From: a virus
Length of the DNA: 64,000 nucleotides
IMG/VR virus record: IMGVR_UViG_3300045974_000429
Span: 19,745 to 83,744 of that record
Direction: 5' to 3' (one strand)
The number at the start of each line of letters is the position of its first letter. Position 1 is the stretch's first letter. The position numbers and the translations under genes were made by a program. The notes beneath the pieces are model-generated. The model did not search any database, was not told the origin of the DNA, and saw only the letters and a list, made by a program, of their open reading frames with translations. This document shows positions 9,650-17,689 of this stretch, in pieces.

Positions 9650-10260
9650 GCCGCCTCCTGGTATGCCTGCCTGAGAATCCGATTGCGCCGCAGCAGCGCC
9701 TTCGCCTTCGCCGTCGCGGCGTAGACCTGCTGGACGGGCACCCGCCGGTCCTTAGACACGGAGGCCGGCTTCTGGCCAGCCAGGAGCACTTGAGCGGCGA
9801 GTCCGGCCGGGTCTGCTGCCTGGAGCGCGGCAGGCACCTCGCGGCGCGCAGCGGCCCGTCCTCGGGCCTCGCAGAGCAGCTCCTCCGGCGTCCGCGCGTC
9901 CACGAGCGCCGGCGGGAGGAGCGCCAGGGCCATCGCGGCCTCCGCGCTCTCGGTTTCGCGCGGCAGCTCGGCGCGCCGCGGAATGGGGCCGCTGCCCGCT
10001 CGGCGGAGCCGCGCCGGGCTGGAGGTCTGGCGGACCCACTCCCGGAGGTGGTGGTCCACCGCGCACTGGACCCACGTCGAGCGCGACACCCGGCCGACCG
10101 CGGGGTCGTAGGAGGCATCGGCCTCCAGGGCCGCCACCCACGCCTCGCCCTGGAGATCGCGGAGGTCCGCCCACCACGCGATTCGCGCGGCCTTGCGCGC
10201 GTGGCAGGAGACGATGGAGGCGAGGAGTTGGTCGTCGCGCATAGTTGTATTGTGTAGCAT
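9646..10260 (-). CDS. Sigma-70-like factor (region 2 + C-terminal HTH)
   Basis: DLQGEAWVAALEA..YDP..GR..STW...V...LREWVR resembles region 2; TPEE and a C-terminal helix pair. Confidence 0.7.
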   Translation of the reverse strand: MLHNTTMRDDQLLASIVSCHARKAARIAWWADLRDLQGEAWVAALEADASYDPAVGRVSRSTWVQCAVDHHLREWVRQTSSPARLRRAGSGPIPRRAELPRETESAEAAMALALLPPALVDARTPEELLCEARGRAAARREVPAALQAADPAGLAAQVLLAGQKPASVSKDRRVPVQQVYAATAKAKALLRRNRILRQAYQEAA

Positions 10261-10296
10261 CTTTTTTCTCGGGTGTGAAGGGTTGAGAAGGGGGAT

Positions 10297-10320
10297 GGGC
10301 GCCCCCGCGAAGGGGCGCCC
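10297..10320 (-). terminator. GC-rich hairpin after the 416-aa gene, possible terminator or processing site
   Basis: GGGCGCCCC-TTCGCG-GGGGCGCCC on the minus strand; poor U tract. Confidence 0.4.
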
Positions 10321-10338
10321 GAACGACCTCGCCGCGCG

Positions 10339-11589
10339 CTACTTCTTGGCGGCCTCGGCGGCGTCCTTCTCGGCCTGGGCGACGAGCGCCGCCGCCGCGA
10401 TGGTCGCCTTGAGCTGCTCCAGGCGCGCGACGAGAGCAGGCATCGCCGCCCCGAGCGTCCTCCCGTACCGCTCGACCTTGGCGAGCATCGCCTCCGCCTT
10501 CTCGGCGCGGCCGGAGAGTTTGCGGGGCGACATCCCGCCGGCCATCACCTCGGCCTCCAGCTCCGCCGCCTCGCCGCCGGCCTCCTGCTCCAGCGCGTCG
10601 AGCACCGCGGAGACGGCGTCCTCGGTCCGCATCGCGGGAACCGTGGCGAAAACGTGCGAGGAGATGCCCTTGAGGACCGCCGTCCGCTGCGCCCAAGCGG
10701 CCGTGACGTCGCGCGGGAGGAAGTAGACGCCGCCGGACTCCCGGAGGCCGACCGCGCCCAAGCGCCGCGCCTGAACCGCGAGCCACGCCCCGAACGTCCC
10801 GGAGGCGTGCGCCTGGAGGGCGGCGGCGTAGTCTGTCGCGATCTGCTCGGCGGCCGGGTGGTCGGCCGGCTCGAACCGGAGCGCGTCCGCCTCGTCGCGG
10901 AGCACCTTCAGGCCGGTCGCCCAGGCGAGGTCGTTGGCGGCGGCGTCCGCGCTCTCCCGGACGATGGCCCAGCCGTCGCCGGTCGGGAGCGGGCGCGCCA
11001 GGACGTGCCGGGCGCGCTGGCCGTTCACCGCGGCCCGGAGCGCGTCCGCGCCCGAGGGCGGGGAGAGCAGCTCGTCCTCGTCGAGCCCGGCGGCCACCCA
11101 GGCCGCCTTCAGGATCTCGTGGTTGACCGTGCCCGAGAGGCGCCACCAGACGATGGCGCCCGCGGCGTCGCCCGCATCGGGGACGACCACCAACCCGCCC
11201 GAGCCCGCGACCGGGGACGGGGACGGCTTGGCCGGGGACGCGTTCGGGACCATCGGGGCCTCCGCGGCCTGGAGGACGGCCTCGTGCTCCTGCGCGCGCT
11301 CGACTTCGGCCTGGAGCGCGATGGCGGCGGCCTCCTCCGGCGACTCCGGGATCTGGACGACCGGGTTCGGATCCTGCGGCCCGAAGAACTCGGCCGGCGG
11401 CTCGCCGTCCGGCTCCAGCTCGTCCTGGAGGGCCTTGCGGGCCTCCGCCTCGGAGTAGCAGGGGCGCTCGCGGGCGCCATCGATGGCGAACACGAACCCC
11501 TCGGGCGCGAGCACGAGGTGGGTGAGGCCGAGGGAGCGGAGGGAGGCGTCTTCGATCTTCGTGAGGGAGGGGGCGGGGGTCGGGTTCAT
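10339..11589 (-). CDS. Hypothetical protein (DUF6744/DUF3150-like) linked to the MoxR-vWA module
   Basis: 416 aa; GAIVWWRLSG and LRESGGVYFLP motifs; AAGGAG RBS; upstream promoter. Confidence 0.6.
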   Translation of the reverse strand: MNPTPAPSLTKIEDASLRSLGLTHLVLAPEGFVFAIDGARERPCYSEAEARKALQDELEPDGEPPAEFFGPQDPNPVVQIPESPEEAAAIALQAEVERAQEHEAVLQAAEAPMVPNASPAKPSPSPVAGSGGLVVVPDAGDAAGAIVWWRLSGTVNHEILKAAWVAAGLDEDELLSPPSGADALRAAVNGQRARHVLARPLPTGDGWAIVRESADAAANDLAWATGLKVLRDEADALRFEPADHPAAEQIATDYAAALQAHASGTFGAWLAVQARRLGAVGLRESGGVYFLPRDVTAAWAQRTAVLKGISSHVFATVPAMRTEDAVSAVLDALEQEAGGEAAELEAEVMAGGMSPRKLSGRAEKAEAMLAKVERYGRTLGAAMPALVARLEQLKATIAAAALVAQAEKDAAEAAKK

Positions 11590-11636
11590 CGGGTTTCTCC
11601 TTGGTCGATGCCGCGATGCGCAGCGGTGACAGAAGC

Positions 11637-11665
11637 AAGATAGGCTTTCTTCTCTTTTGCGTCAA
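11637..11665 (-). promoter_or_regulatory. Sigma70-like promoter TTGACG-N17-TATCTT
   Basis: 17-nt purine-rich spacer similar to three other promoters in this region. Confidence 0.7.
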
Positions 11666-12114
11666 GCTTTCTTTTCGCTCTGCGCCGCTTCCCGCGCGAG
11701 GCGGGAAATTGCGGCGGGTTCCGCTCCGAGCTTGTGGAGCGCGAGGCATGCCTGAAACGCATCCGGGTGCGACAGGCGGAGAGCGAGGACGCGGCGCCTG
11801 GTCTCCGGGGTGAGGGAGGTGTCGCCGGCTAGCCTGACGACATCGCGGTGCTGCGCCGCCGCCCAGTGGCCCCAGAGCAGCTTGGCGCGCCTGCCCCGCA
11901 TGCCCAGCTGGTAGCCGGTCACGTCGCGGACCAGATCGACGCCGGCGGCCTGGAGGTGCTCGCCCCAGGGAGTCGGCACGATGACCTCGCCGGCCGCGAA
12001 CCGCGCGCGGCGGGTGGTCAGCGCCTGACACCGATCGCCGGCTCGGTGCTGGGCGAGCCGCGAGGTGGCAATCTCGGCGGTGCAGCCAGGGCAGATCGTT
12101 ATTGGGTCGGTCAC
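11662..12114 (-). CDS. Hypothetical protein with CxxC motif
   Basis: VTDPITICPGC...; GTGA coupling to the vWA gene stop (3' part of ORF 11662..13542). Confidence 0.6.
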   Translation of the reverse strand: MTDPITICPGCTAEIATSRLAQHRAGDRCQALTTRRARFAAGEVIVPTPWGEHLQAAGVDLVRDVTGYQLGMRGRRAKLLWGHWAAAQHRDVVRLAGDTSLTPETRRRVLALRLSHPDAFQACLALHKLGAEPAAISRLAREAAQSEKKA

Positions 12115-13529
12115 GGCGTCGGCTCCCGGTCCACGAGGACCACCTCGCCGAACCTCTTGACGTCGTTGGTGTAGGTGCTCCCAATGAGCGCCCAGATGAC
12201 CTTGGCGCCCTTGGGCTCCGGGCCGGGGTCGCCGATCATGCCGTCCGTCAGGACGATGATCACGCTGGGCGGCGTCCTGGATTCCATGAGGAGCTTGAGG
12301 GCCGGCTTCATGTCGGTGCCGCCGCCGCCCTTGAGCTTGGAGGCCGCCTCCTTGGCGGACCTGACCTTGAGGAGCCCATCCGTGCCCGCGTCGATGGCGC
12401 AGAAGGTGACGTCGCCGCCGACCGCCCGGAGGATGCCGTCCACCTCGCCGAGGGCCTGCGCGAGCTGCGCGCCGCTCATGCTGCCGGAGGTGTCCACGAC
12501 GACCGCGACGTTGGGCTTGTGGCCGTGGAAGCTCGGCATCAGCGGGCGGCCCGGCCCGTAACCCAGGCCCGCCTGCCGGCGGCTCGGCTTGGAGAAGCCC
12601 ATGTCGGTGGCGCCGGAGGCCCGCATGAGCGTGCGCCGCACGAGGCGCTGGAGCTTGTCCTGCCACCGGACCTTGGGCGGCTTGATCTTCTCCTCCGCCC
12701 ACCGCGCGAGCCCGCCGGGGACGCTGCCGCGCCCCTTCTGCGCAACGTGGGAGGCGACCTCGCGCGCGACCTGCGCCCGGATGCGCTCCGCCTCCGCCTC
12801 GCCGACGCCCAGCGGGTCGCCCTGGGCGGCCTCGCCCGAGCCCTTGCCCGGCTGTCCCTGACCGGCGCCGTCGCCGTCGCCGGGCTGCGGCTTGTCCAAG
12901 CCCAACTTCTTCTCGATGTCGTGCGCGTTGCCGGCGCAGGAGCCGCACTGGCCGTTGCCAGGGCCGCCCTTGCCCGGCTGCCCCTGGCCCTTGTTGCCCT
13001 GCTTCTTCTGGGACTGCTTCTTCCGCAGCTCCTCCAGGTAGACCTGGGCGGGCTGCCCCTCCGGCATCCCGATGCTGCTCGGCAGCCAGAAGATGTTCTC
13101 CACCTGGGCCTGGGCGGCGTACTCCGCCTTCGTGAGCGGGCGACCGGGCAGTTTCCAGCCTCCGGCGACGAGGTCGTCGTTGTTCGCCATGTCGCTGGCG
13201 AGGTTCGCGTTGTGGTGCTGGCTCGGGTCCGCCTTGCAGAGCGCCTCGAACCGCTTGACGTCCTGCCGGATGAAGTGGAGCAGCTCGTGGACGAGCGCGC
13301 CGGCCAGCTCGTCCGTCGGCAGGCCCGAGACGAATGCGGCCGAGTAGTAGCAGACGTTTTGGTCGGTCATCCCGAGCGTCGAGAACCCGCCCGGCCGGAC
13401 CGGCTCGCACTCGGCGGCCGGCACCTCCAGGAACACGGTCCGCGAGAGCGCCGCCCAGAAATAGGGAGCCTTCGTGCGGACCGCTCGCCGAGCGATCTGG
13501 ATGCACTGCATCGCGGTCAACTTGGCCAC
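12111..13529 (-). CDS. DUF2201-like metallopeptidase + vWA domain protein
   Basis: HELLH (HExxH), N.ASD..NN, Gly/Gln-rich linker, MIDAS DTSGSMS, GGGGTD, LTDG. Confidence 0.9.
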   Translation of the reverse strand: MAKLTAMQCIQIARRAVRTKAPYFWAALSRTVFLEVPAAECEPVRPGGFSTLGMTDQNVCYYSAAFVSGLPTDELAGALVHELLHFIRQDVKRFEALCKADPSQHHNANLASDMANNDDLVAGGWKLPGRPLTKAEYAAQAQVENIFWLPSSIGMPEGQPAQVYLEELRKKQSQKKQGNKGQGQPGKGGPGNGQCGSCAGNAHDIEKKLGLDKPQPGDGDGAGQGQPGKGSGEAAQGDPLGVGEAEAERIRAQVAREVASHVAQKGRGSVPGGLARWAEEKIKPPKVRWQDKLQRLVRRTLMRASGATDMGFSKPSRRQAGLGYGPGRPLMPSFHGHKPNVAVVVDTSGSMSGAQLAQALGEVDGILRAVGGDVTFCAIDAGTDGLLKVRSAKEAASKLKGGGGTDMKPALKLLMESRTPPSVIIVLTDGMIGDPGPEPKGAKVIWALIGSTYTNDVKRFGEVVLVDREPTP

Positions 13530-13531
13530 GG

Positions 13532-13846
13532 CTACCACCCACCGCTGTAGCGGCCGGAGGTGCTCCCGCGCCCGTCGCACTCGTCGCAGTGCGACGGGTG
13601 GCAGCCGGGGTAGCCGCAGGGGCGCCAGTTGCGCGGCGCGGAGCGCGGCCGCTGGGGGAACTGCTCCGCCGCCATGATCTCCGCCCCAGATTGCGGCGCG
13701 GCCGCCAGCGGCGCGGGGCAGGCCAAGTGCGCCGCCTGCGCGCCCGGCGCCCAGAGGATCTGCGTTCCGGCCGGGAACCGCGCCCCGCACTTCGCGCAGG
13801 TTCCCGGAAACTTCGCCGCCATCTGCCTCGTGCCCGTCGTCGCCAT
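13532..13846 (-). CDS. Small Cys-rich (Zn-binding) hypothetical protein
   Basis: AKFPGTCAKCG...HLAC; CGYPGC..HCDEC; GAGGAG RBS. Confidence 0.7.
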   Translation of the reverse strand: MATTGTRQMAAKFPGTCAKCGARFPAGTQILWAPGAQAAHLACPAPLAAAPQSGAEIMAAEQFPQRPRSAPRNWRPCGYPGCHPSHCDECDGRGSTSGRYSGGW

Positions 13847-13898
13847 CTTCGTCTCCTCGTGAGAGGGGGCGGCCGCGGAGGCCGCCCTCTTGAGTCTC

Positions 13899-13927
13899 TT
13901 TGTACGCTTCCTTTTCTTTCTTGTCTA
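13899..13927 (-). promoter_or_regulatory. Sigma70-like promoter TAGACA-N17-TACAAA
   Basis: Spacer AGAAAGAAAAGGAAGCG nearly identical to that at 16925-16953. Confidence 0.6.
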
Positions 13928-13931
13928 GCTT

Positions 13932-16307
13932 TTATTTCACGGCGACCAGGATCGGGTTGAGTTTGGCCAGTGTCTTCATCGACGCGGCGCCGAGCAGCCG
14001 GGCGCCGGCGAGCGCCCTGGCGGGCGCCTCGACCAGATCCGCGGCGTCATCCATCAGCGTCTCCAGGAGCGCCCACATCTTCGCGGCGCGCACCTTCTGG
14101 GAGGCGCCGGCGTCGCCGGTCACGAGCGCGGTGCAGGAGGAGAGGACCGCGTCCGAGATATCGAGGCGGTGAGGGTTGTGCTTCCACTTCGCCTTCCCGT
14201 CCAGGATCTCCGCCGGGTCCGGCAGGTCCATGTTCGTGGCGTAGGTCAGGAACTCGCCGGCGGGGCCGTCGCCGACGAAGGCTGCGACGAGCGTGTCCCG
14301 GTCGCCGGCCGAGAGGCCGTGGATCTTGGAGGCGGCGAAGGCCCGCGTGGCAGCCTCCCAGCTCCGGGGGGAGGGCCACGCCTGGGAGGCGGCCGGGCTG
14401 TTCGCCTCGGGCACCTTGAGGAGCAGGTCCGACTTGCGCTTGACGAACCCGGCGACGAGGCCCCGAGCGGTCGCCCACGGCGTGCCCCAGGCGGCGAGCA
14501 CCCGCGCCTCCTCGGCCGCCGGGTCGATGGGCGCGGCGGCGGCGCTCTCGCCACCGCCCAGGAGCCAGTTCGTCCACTCCTCGGCGGTCGGGGCCTCCCA
14601 GTTGATGTGGCCGAGTCGGTTGGCGACCGGCATCGCGAGGTCCCACCCGCCGGCCGCTTGGTCGGTCGGGTTCGCCGTGGCGAGCACCCGGACGCCCGAG
14701 GCGAGCGGCTGTCCGCCGATCATGCGCTCCTGGATGAGCCCGAGGAGCGGCGGCTGGAGCGCGGGCGGGGCGCAGTTGTGCACCAAGGTGCCGCCTGCCC
14801 CTGCGAAGAAATTGTGGTCGCGTTCGACGGTCAGGTCGTAGACGATGCAGGAAACGGCGTTGCGCTGGATTCGGTGCACGCGCACGAACGCAGGAAGTTG
14901 CGGATCAGCGCCTCCAGTGCGTCCGGAGTCCGGAGAAGCTGCGCACGAACCCGCAAGGTCCGCCAGCCCGCCGCGCGATAGTCTTGTGCTTCCAGCAGAG
15001 GCTCCGAGGGCGTTAAGCGGTCTAGCAGAATCGCCGCGCGCAGCGGCAGATCCGCAAAGTCCGGCACCCGCCAGTTTCTGCGCCCCCCCGGCGGGATCGG
15101 TACCCGCAAGCTTCCATCCCCCGTGTACGGCAGCGCGATCTTGCGCGCAGTGAGAAACGTGATCATCTCCCGTTCTGTTGGCGTCGGTTTCGCCATGCGG
15201 AACACGCACGGGATCCGCCCGGAGATCGTGTGCGCGCGGTTCTTCGCTGCTATCGAGTCCATCTGCCCGTGCTTCCAGGCCGCCAGGAACTTGGTTGACG
15301 CCATCTCGCGCCCCGCAGCACTGCGCCAGAACGCTCCCGCAGCCCGCCCGCCCATCTGCGATAGATTTGGATGGATCTTCCGAGCCGCTGCAGCTGCACG
15401 CGATGCCGCTGCGGCCCGCTCCGCCGCGGTCGTCCTCGCGAGGAACGTTGCCGTGCTCTTGCGCTGAATTATTGCATTCACTTCGAGCGAAAGCGTTGCA
15501 CGCATCTCGGCCAGCCTCGTTCCGTGCGCACGCTTCTCCGCAGCAAACGCTGGATCCGCCATCCGTGCGCGCTGCGTTACCGCCGCAGCCGCCCCGCGCC
15601 TTGCTGACATCTGCGGGTCCGCCAGCAGTGCTGCAGGGAACCGCGTGCGAAACTCCGCTACCGTCATCCCATGCCGCTTCTGAAGATGCGTCGCTGTGAG
15701 GACCCACATCGGCAGCAAGCAGATCGCGCAGCGCAACGAGGGTGCTTCCAGCGCGGAGCTGCTCTGCTGGGATCCAGCGTCCTTCGCTGTAGATGGGGTG
15801 GTCAGGGGTGCAGCGGATCGTCGTGCCATCGGTCAGCTCCAGGGTGAGCAGCGCCGTGACGCGGCGCTGCATGACTCCAGAAACCAGATTAGCGCGGCGC
15901 ATCCCACGTTGCAAGGCGCAGGACCAGACGGCGTCACCGACCCGCAGCTGCTCGATTGGCCGCTGGCCTTGTGGCGTGTGGACCGGCGTGCCTGCGGGGA
16001 AACAGGAAATCTCGTCGATGATGACCAGCCCCCTCTCCGCCATCCCGAGCGTCCACTCGGGCGCGGGGTAGGAGAGGAGGGTGCGCCCGTTGATCGTGGT
16101 CGGGACCGGGACGACGCCGAAGGCGCCCTCGCCGCGCTCGCCGGGGGAGAGGATCTCGACCTTGAGGCCGCCAGCCTTTCCGGCCGCCTCGCAGCTCTGT
16201 GTTTTGGCGACACCCGGAGGGCCGCGGAACAGGAGGGGCAGGCCCCAGCGGTTCCGGCTGATGGGGGTGAAGAGGGCTGCGTGGAGGATCTTGGCCTTGT
16301 TCGTCAT
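13932..16307 (-). CDS. MoxR-family AAA+ ATPase interrupted by an intein
   Basis: Walker A GPPGVAKT, Walker B VIIDE, sensor ATANP, NR, WPSPRSWE; 381 aa after removing the 410-aa intein. Confidence 0.9.
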   Translation of the reverse strand: MTNKAKILHAALFTPISRNRWGLPLLFRGPPGVAKTQSCEAAGKAGGLKVEILSPGERGEGAFGVVPVPTTINGRTLLSYPAPEWTLGMAERGLVIIDEISCFPAGTPVHTPQGQRPIEQLRVGDAVWSCALQRGMRRANLVSGVMQRRVTALLTLELTDGTTIRCTPDHPIYSEGRWIPAEQLRAGSTLVALRDLLAADVGPHSDASSEAAWDDGSGVSHAVPCSTAGGPADVSKARGGCGGNAARTDGGSSVCCGEACARNEAGRDACNAFARSECNNSAQEHGNVPREDDRGGAGRSGIACSCSGSEDPSKSIADGRAGCGSVLAQCCGARDGVNQVPGGLEARADGLDSSEEPRAHDLRADPVRVPHGETDANRTGDDHVSHCAQDRAAVHGGWKLAGTDPAGGAQKLAGAGLCGSAAARGDSARPLNALGASAGSTRLSRGGLADLAGSCAASPDSGRTGGADPQLPAFVRVHRIQRNAVSCIVYDLTVERDHNFFAGAGGTLVHNCAPPALQPPLLGLIQERMIGGQPLASGVRVLATANPTDQAAGGWDLAMPVANRLGHINWEAPTAEEWTNWLLGGGESAAAAPIDPAAEEARVLAAWGTPWATARGLVAGFVKRKSDLLLKVPEANSPAASQAWPSPRSWEAATRAFAASKIHGLSAGDRDTLVAAFVGDGPAGEFLTYATNMDLPDPAEILDGKAKWKHNPHRLDISDAVLSSCTALVTGDAGASQKVRAAKMWALLETLMDDAADLVEAPARALAGARLLGAASMKTLAKLNPILVAVK
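14775..16004 (-). mobile_element. Intein (410 aa) inserted just after Walker B
   Basis: Block A CFPAGTPV, block B CTPDHPI, block F VYDLTVERDHNFFA, terminal VHN followed by extein Cys. Confidence 0.95.
14831..15829 (-). CDS. Nested alternate-frame endonuclease-like gene (Ros/MucR-type Zn finger + Vsr/DUF559-like domain) inside the intein; probable start TTG 15736
   Basis: CAIC..THLQKRHGMTVAEFRTRFP; PTPTE..YTGDG..PDF..DYRAAGWRTLRV; +1 frame relative to the intein. Confidence 0.75.
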   Translation of the reverse strand: MARRSAAPLTTPSTAKDAGSQQSSSALEAPSLRCAICLLPMWVLTATHLQKRHGMTVAEFRTRFPAALLADPQMSARRGAAAAVTQRARMADPAFAAEKRAHGTRLAEMRATLSLEVNAIIQRKSTATFLARTTAAERAAAASRAAAAARKIHPNLSQMGGRAAGAFWRSAAGREMASTKFLAAWKHGQMDSIAAKNRAHTISGRIPCVFRMAKPTPTEREMITFLTARKIALPYTGDGSLRVPIPPGGRRNWRVPDFADLPLRAAILLDRLTPSEPLLEAQDYRAAGWRTLRVRAQLLRTPDALEALIRNFLRSCACTESSATPFPASSTT

Positions 16308-16340
16308 GGGTTTCTCCGTCGAGTGCGGCGAGGTGAAGGT

Positions 16341-16369
16341 AAAGTAAGCTTTCTTCTCTTTCTTGTCAA
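16341..16369 (-). promoter_or_regulatory. Sigma70-like promoter TTGACA-N17-TACTTT
   Basis: Consensus -35, shared purine-rich spacer, upstream of the AAA gene. Confidence 0.75.
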
Positions 16370-16539
16370 GCGTCGATCTGCTCGACCTGGAAGCGCCGAG
16401 CGGCGCGAACGAAGTCGCGCGCCAGGGCGCGGTGCTCCTCGGCCAGCTCCGCCGTCTCGGCGTGGCGAGCGGCGTCCACCTCGCAGCGGGCTTGGAGGCG
16501 GAGCCAGTTGAGCATCTGCTGCGGGGTCGAGAGTTTCAT
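16366..16539 (-). CDS. Small hypothetical protein (57 aa, MKLSTPQQMLNW...)
   Basis: GAGGAG RBS + ATG; too short for the ORF track. Confidence 0.6.
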   Translation of the reverse strand: MKLSTPQQMLNWLRLQARCEVDAARHAETAELAEEHRALARDFVRAARRFQVEQIDA

Positions 16540-16636
16540 CGGGTTCTCCTCTGCCCTCTCGGGCGGCCATCGTCAGGGGCAGCATCACCGCCCGACCGCG
16601 GCGCCCGGAGGCGCTGGCGGTTTCGGCCTGCGCGAG

Positions 16637-16879
16637 CTAGTCGAAGTGGAGGGCATATACGCGGCCGTCGATTTCCGCCCAGCGGTACGAGCCCCCGTCA
16701 TCGATCTCCACCCCGCGCTCCGCGGCGGCGGCAAGGAGCTTGGTGATCATCATCGCTCCGGCCTTGGTCTCAGCGTCGTAGTACTTGCCGCGGCAGCCGC
16801 AGGCGCATCCCGGCTTCCCGCTGTAGGCGCGGACCGGACTCCTCGGCGCCGCGTTCGTCTGTTCCGTCGTCGTCGGCAT
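16637..16879 (-). CDS. Small hypothetical protein
   Basis: 80 aa, YSGKPGCACGCRGKY; GAGGAG RBS downstream of a promoter. Confidence 0.75.
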   Translation of the reverse strand: MPTTTEQTNAAPRSPVRAYSGKPGCACGCRGKYYDAETKAGAMMITKLLAAAAERGVEIDDGGSYRWAEIDGRVYALHFD

Positions 16880-16924
16880 CTTCGTCTCCTCTGCGGGGGT
16901 GCCCCCCGCGCGGTTGATGAAAGA

Positions 16925-16953
16925 ACCTTACTCTTCCTTTTCTTTCTTGTCTA
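16925..16953 (-). promoter_or_regulatory. Sigma70-like promoter TAGACA-N17-TAAGGT
   Basis: Shared purine-rich spacer; the 14-mer CTCTTCCTTTTCTT recurs at 16959-16972. Confidence 0.7.
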
Positions 16954-17025
16954 GTCCTCTCTTCCTTTTCTTCTATTGCCTCGACGCCGCTGGTCTTTTT
17001 TTCCTTCCCGCGCTAGCCTCGCCGG

Positions 17026-17460
17026 ATGTCCTCCCCCACCTCTCGATCTCTGGACGAACTCCGCGGGCGAGGCTGGACCGCGCAGGTAGTCGAACGCTGG
17101 AACCAATACGCGCGGGTCCGGGTGGACCTGTTCGGCTGCATCGATCTGGTGGCGGCCGCGCCGCCGACCGCGCTGTGCGCCTGCCGACCGACCTGTCCGG
17201 GAGCGCGCTGCCGCAACGCCGGCGTCTGGGGGATTCAAGCCTGCGCGGGAGCCTCCCACGCCGCGCGGCGCACGAAGTCGTTGGCGGAGCCTCGGCTGCG
17301 GGCGTGGCTTGAGGCCGGAGGCCGGTTCGCGATCTGGTCCTGGGCACAGCGCCGCACCGACGCCGTGCTGCGGGACGGTCGGCGGAGCCGCAGGAAGGTC
17401 TGGACGCTGCGGGAGGAGGAGCTGACCTTGGCGGACATCCTCGCAGAGGCCGCCGCCTAG
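17026..17460 (+). CDS. PD-(D/E)XK nuclease, Holliday-junction-resolvase-like
   Basis: SPT.RSL..LR..GW...VVERWN...DLFGCIDLVA...GIQA...W..AGG; only convincing plus-strand gene. Confidence 0.7.
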   Translation: MSSPTSRSLDELRGRGWTAQVVERWNQYARVRVDLFGCIDLVAAAPPTALCACRPTCPGARCRNAGVWGIQACAGASHAARRTKSLAEPRLRAWLEAGGRFAIWSWAQRRTDAVLRDGRRSRRKVWTLREEELTLADILAEAAA

Positions 17461-17678
17461 CCTCGGGCGAGCCCCAGGCTCGCCAGGATGTCCGCCCCCT
17501 GGAGGCACTCGCCGGACCTACACCGCCGGTCGGCAGGCGTCTCCGCCCGCCCGGTCTTCCAGCCGCGCGATGTCTTGAGGGGGGCCAACTGGCGGTCCGC
17601 ACACGCCGCGGGCGTGAGCCGGCACCGGAGGTGCCAGCACAGGAACGTCCGGTCTGCGAGGAATCCGGTGGCGTCCAC
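17457..17678 (-). CDS. Small Cys-rich hypothetical protein
   Basis: 73 aa; convergent 4-nt stop overlap with the nuclease gene. Confidence 0.55.
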   Translation of the reverse strand: MDATGFLADRTFLCWHLRCRLTPAACADRQLAPLKTSRGWKTGRAETPADRRCRSGECLQGADILASLGLARG

Positions 17679-17689
17679 CTAGTCCGAGG

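Noticed and set aside
9752-12184. 810-aa minus-strand Arg/Gly/Pro-rich ORF (also the 5' parts of 33883-36108, 26960-28849 and 24882-27803)
   Set aside because: Off-frame overlaps of real genes; only the 3' portions with coupled starts are credible. Unlike the intein-nested ORF, they show no domain motifs
15700-15840. Ribosomal frameshift linking the intein N-domain to the nested endonuclease
   Set aside because: No slippery heptamer or obvious +1 shift site found; independent initiation seems more likely, though untested
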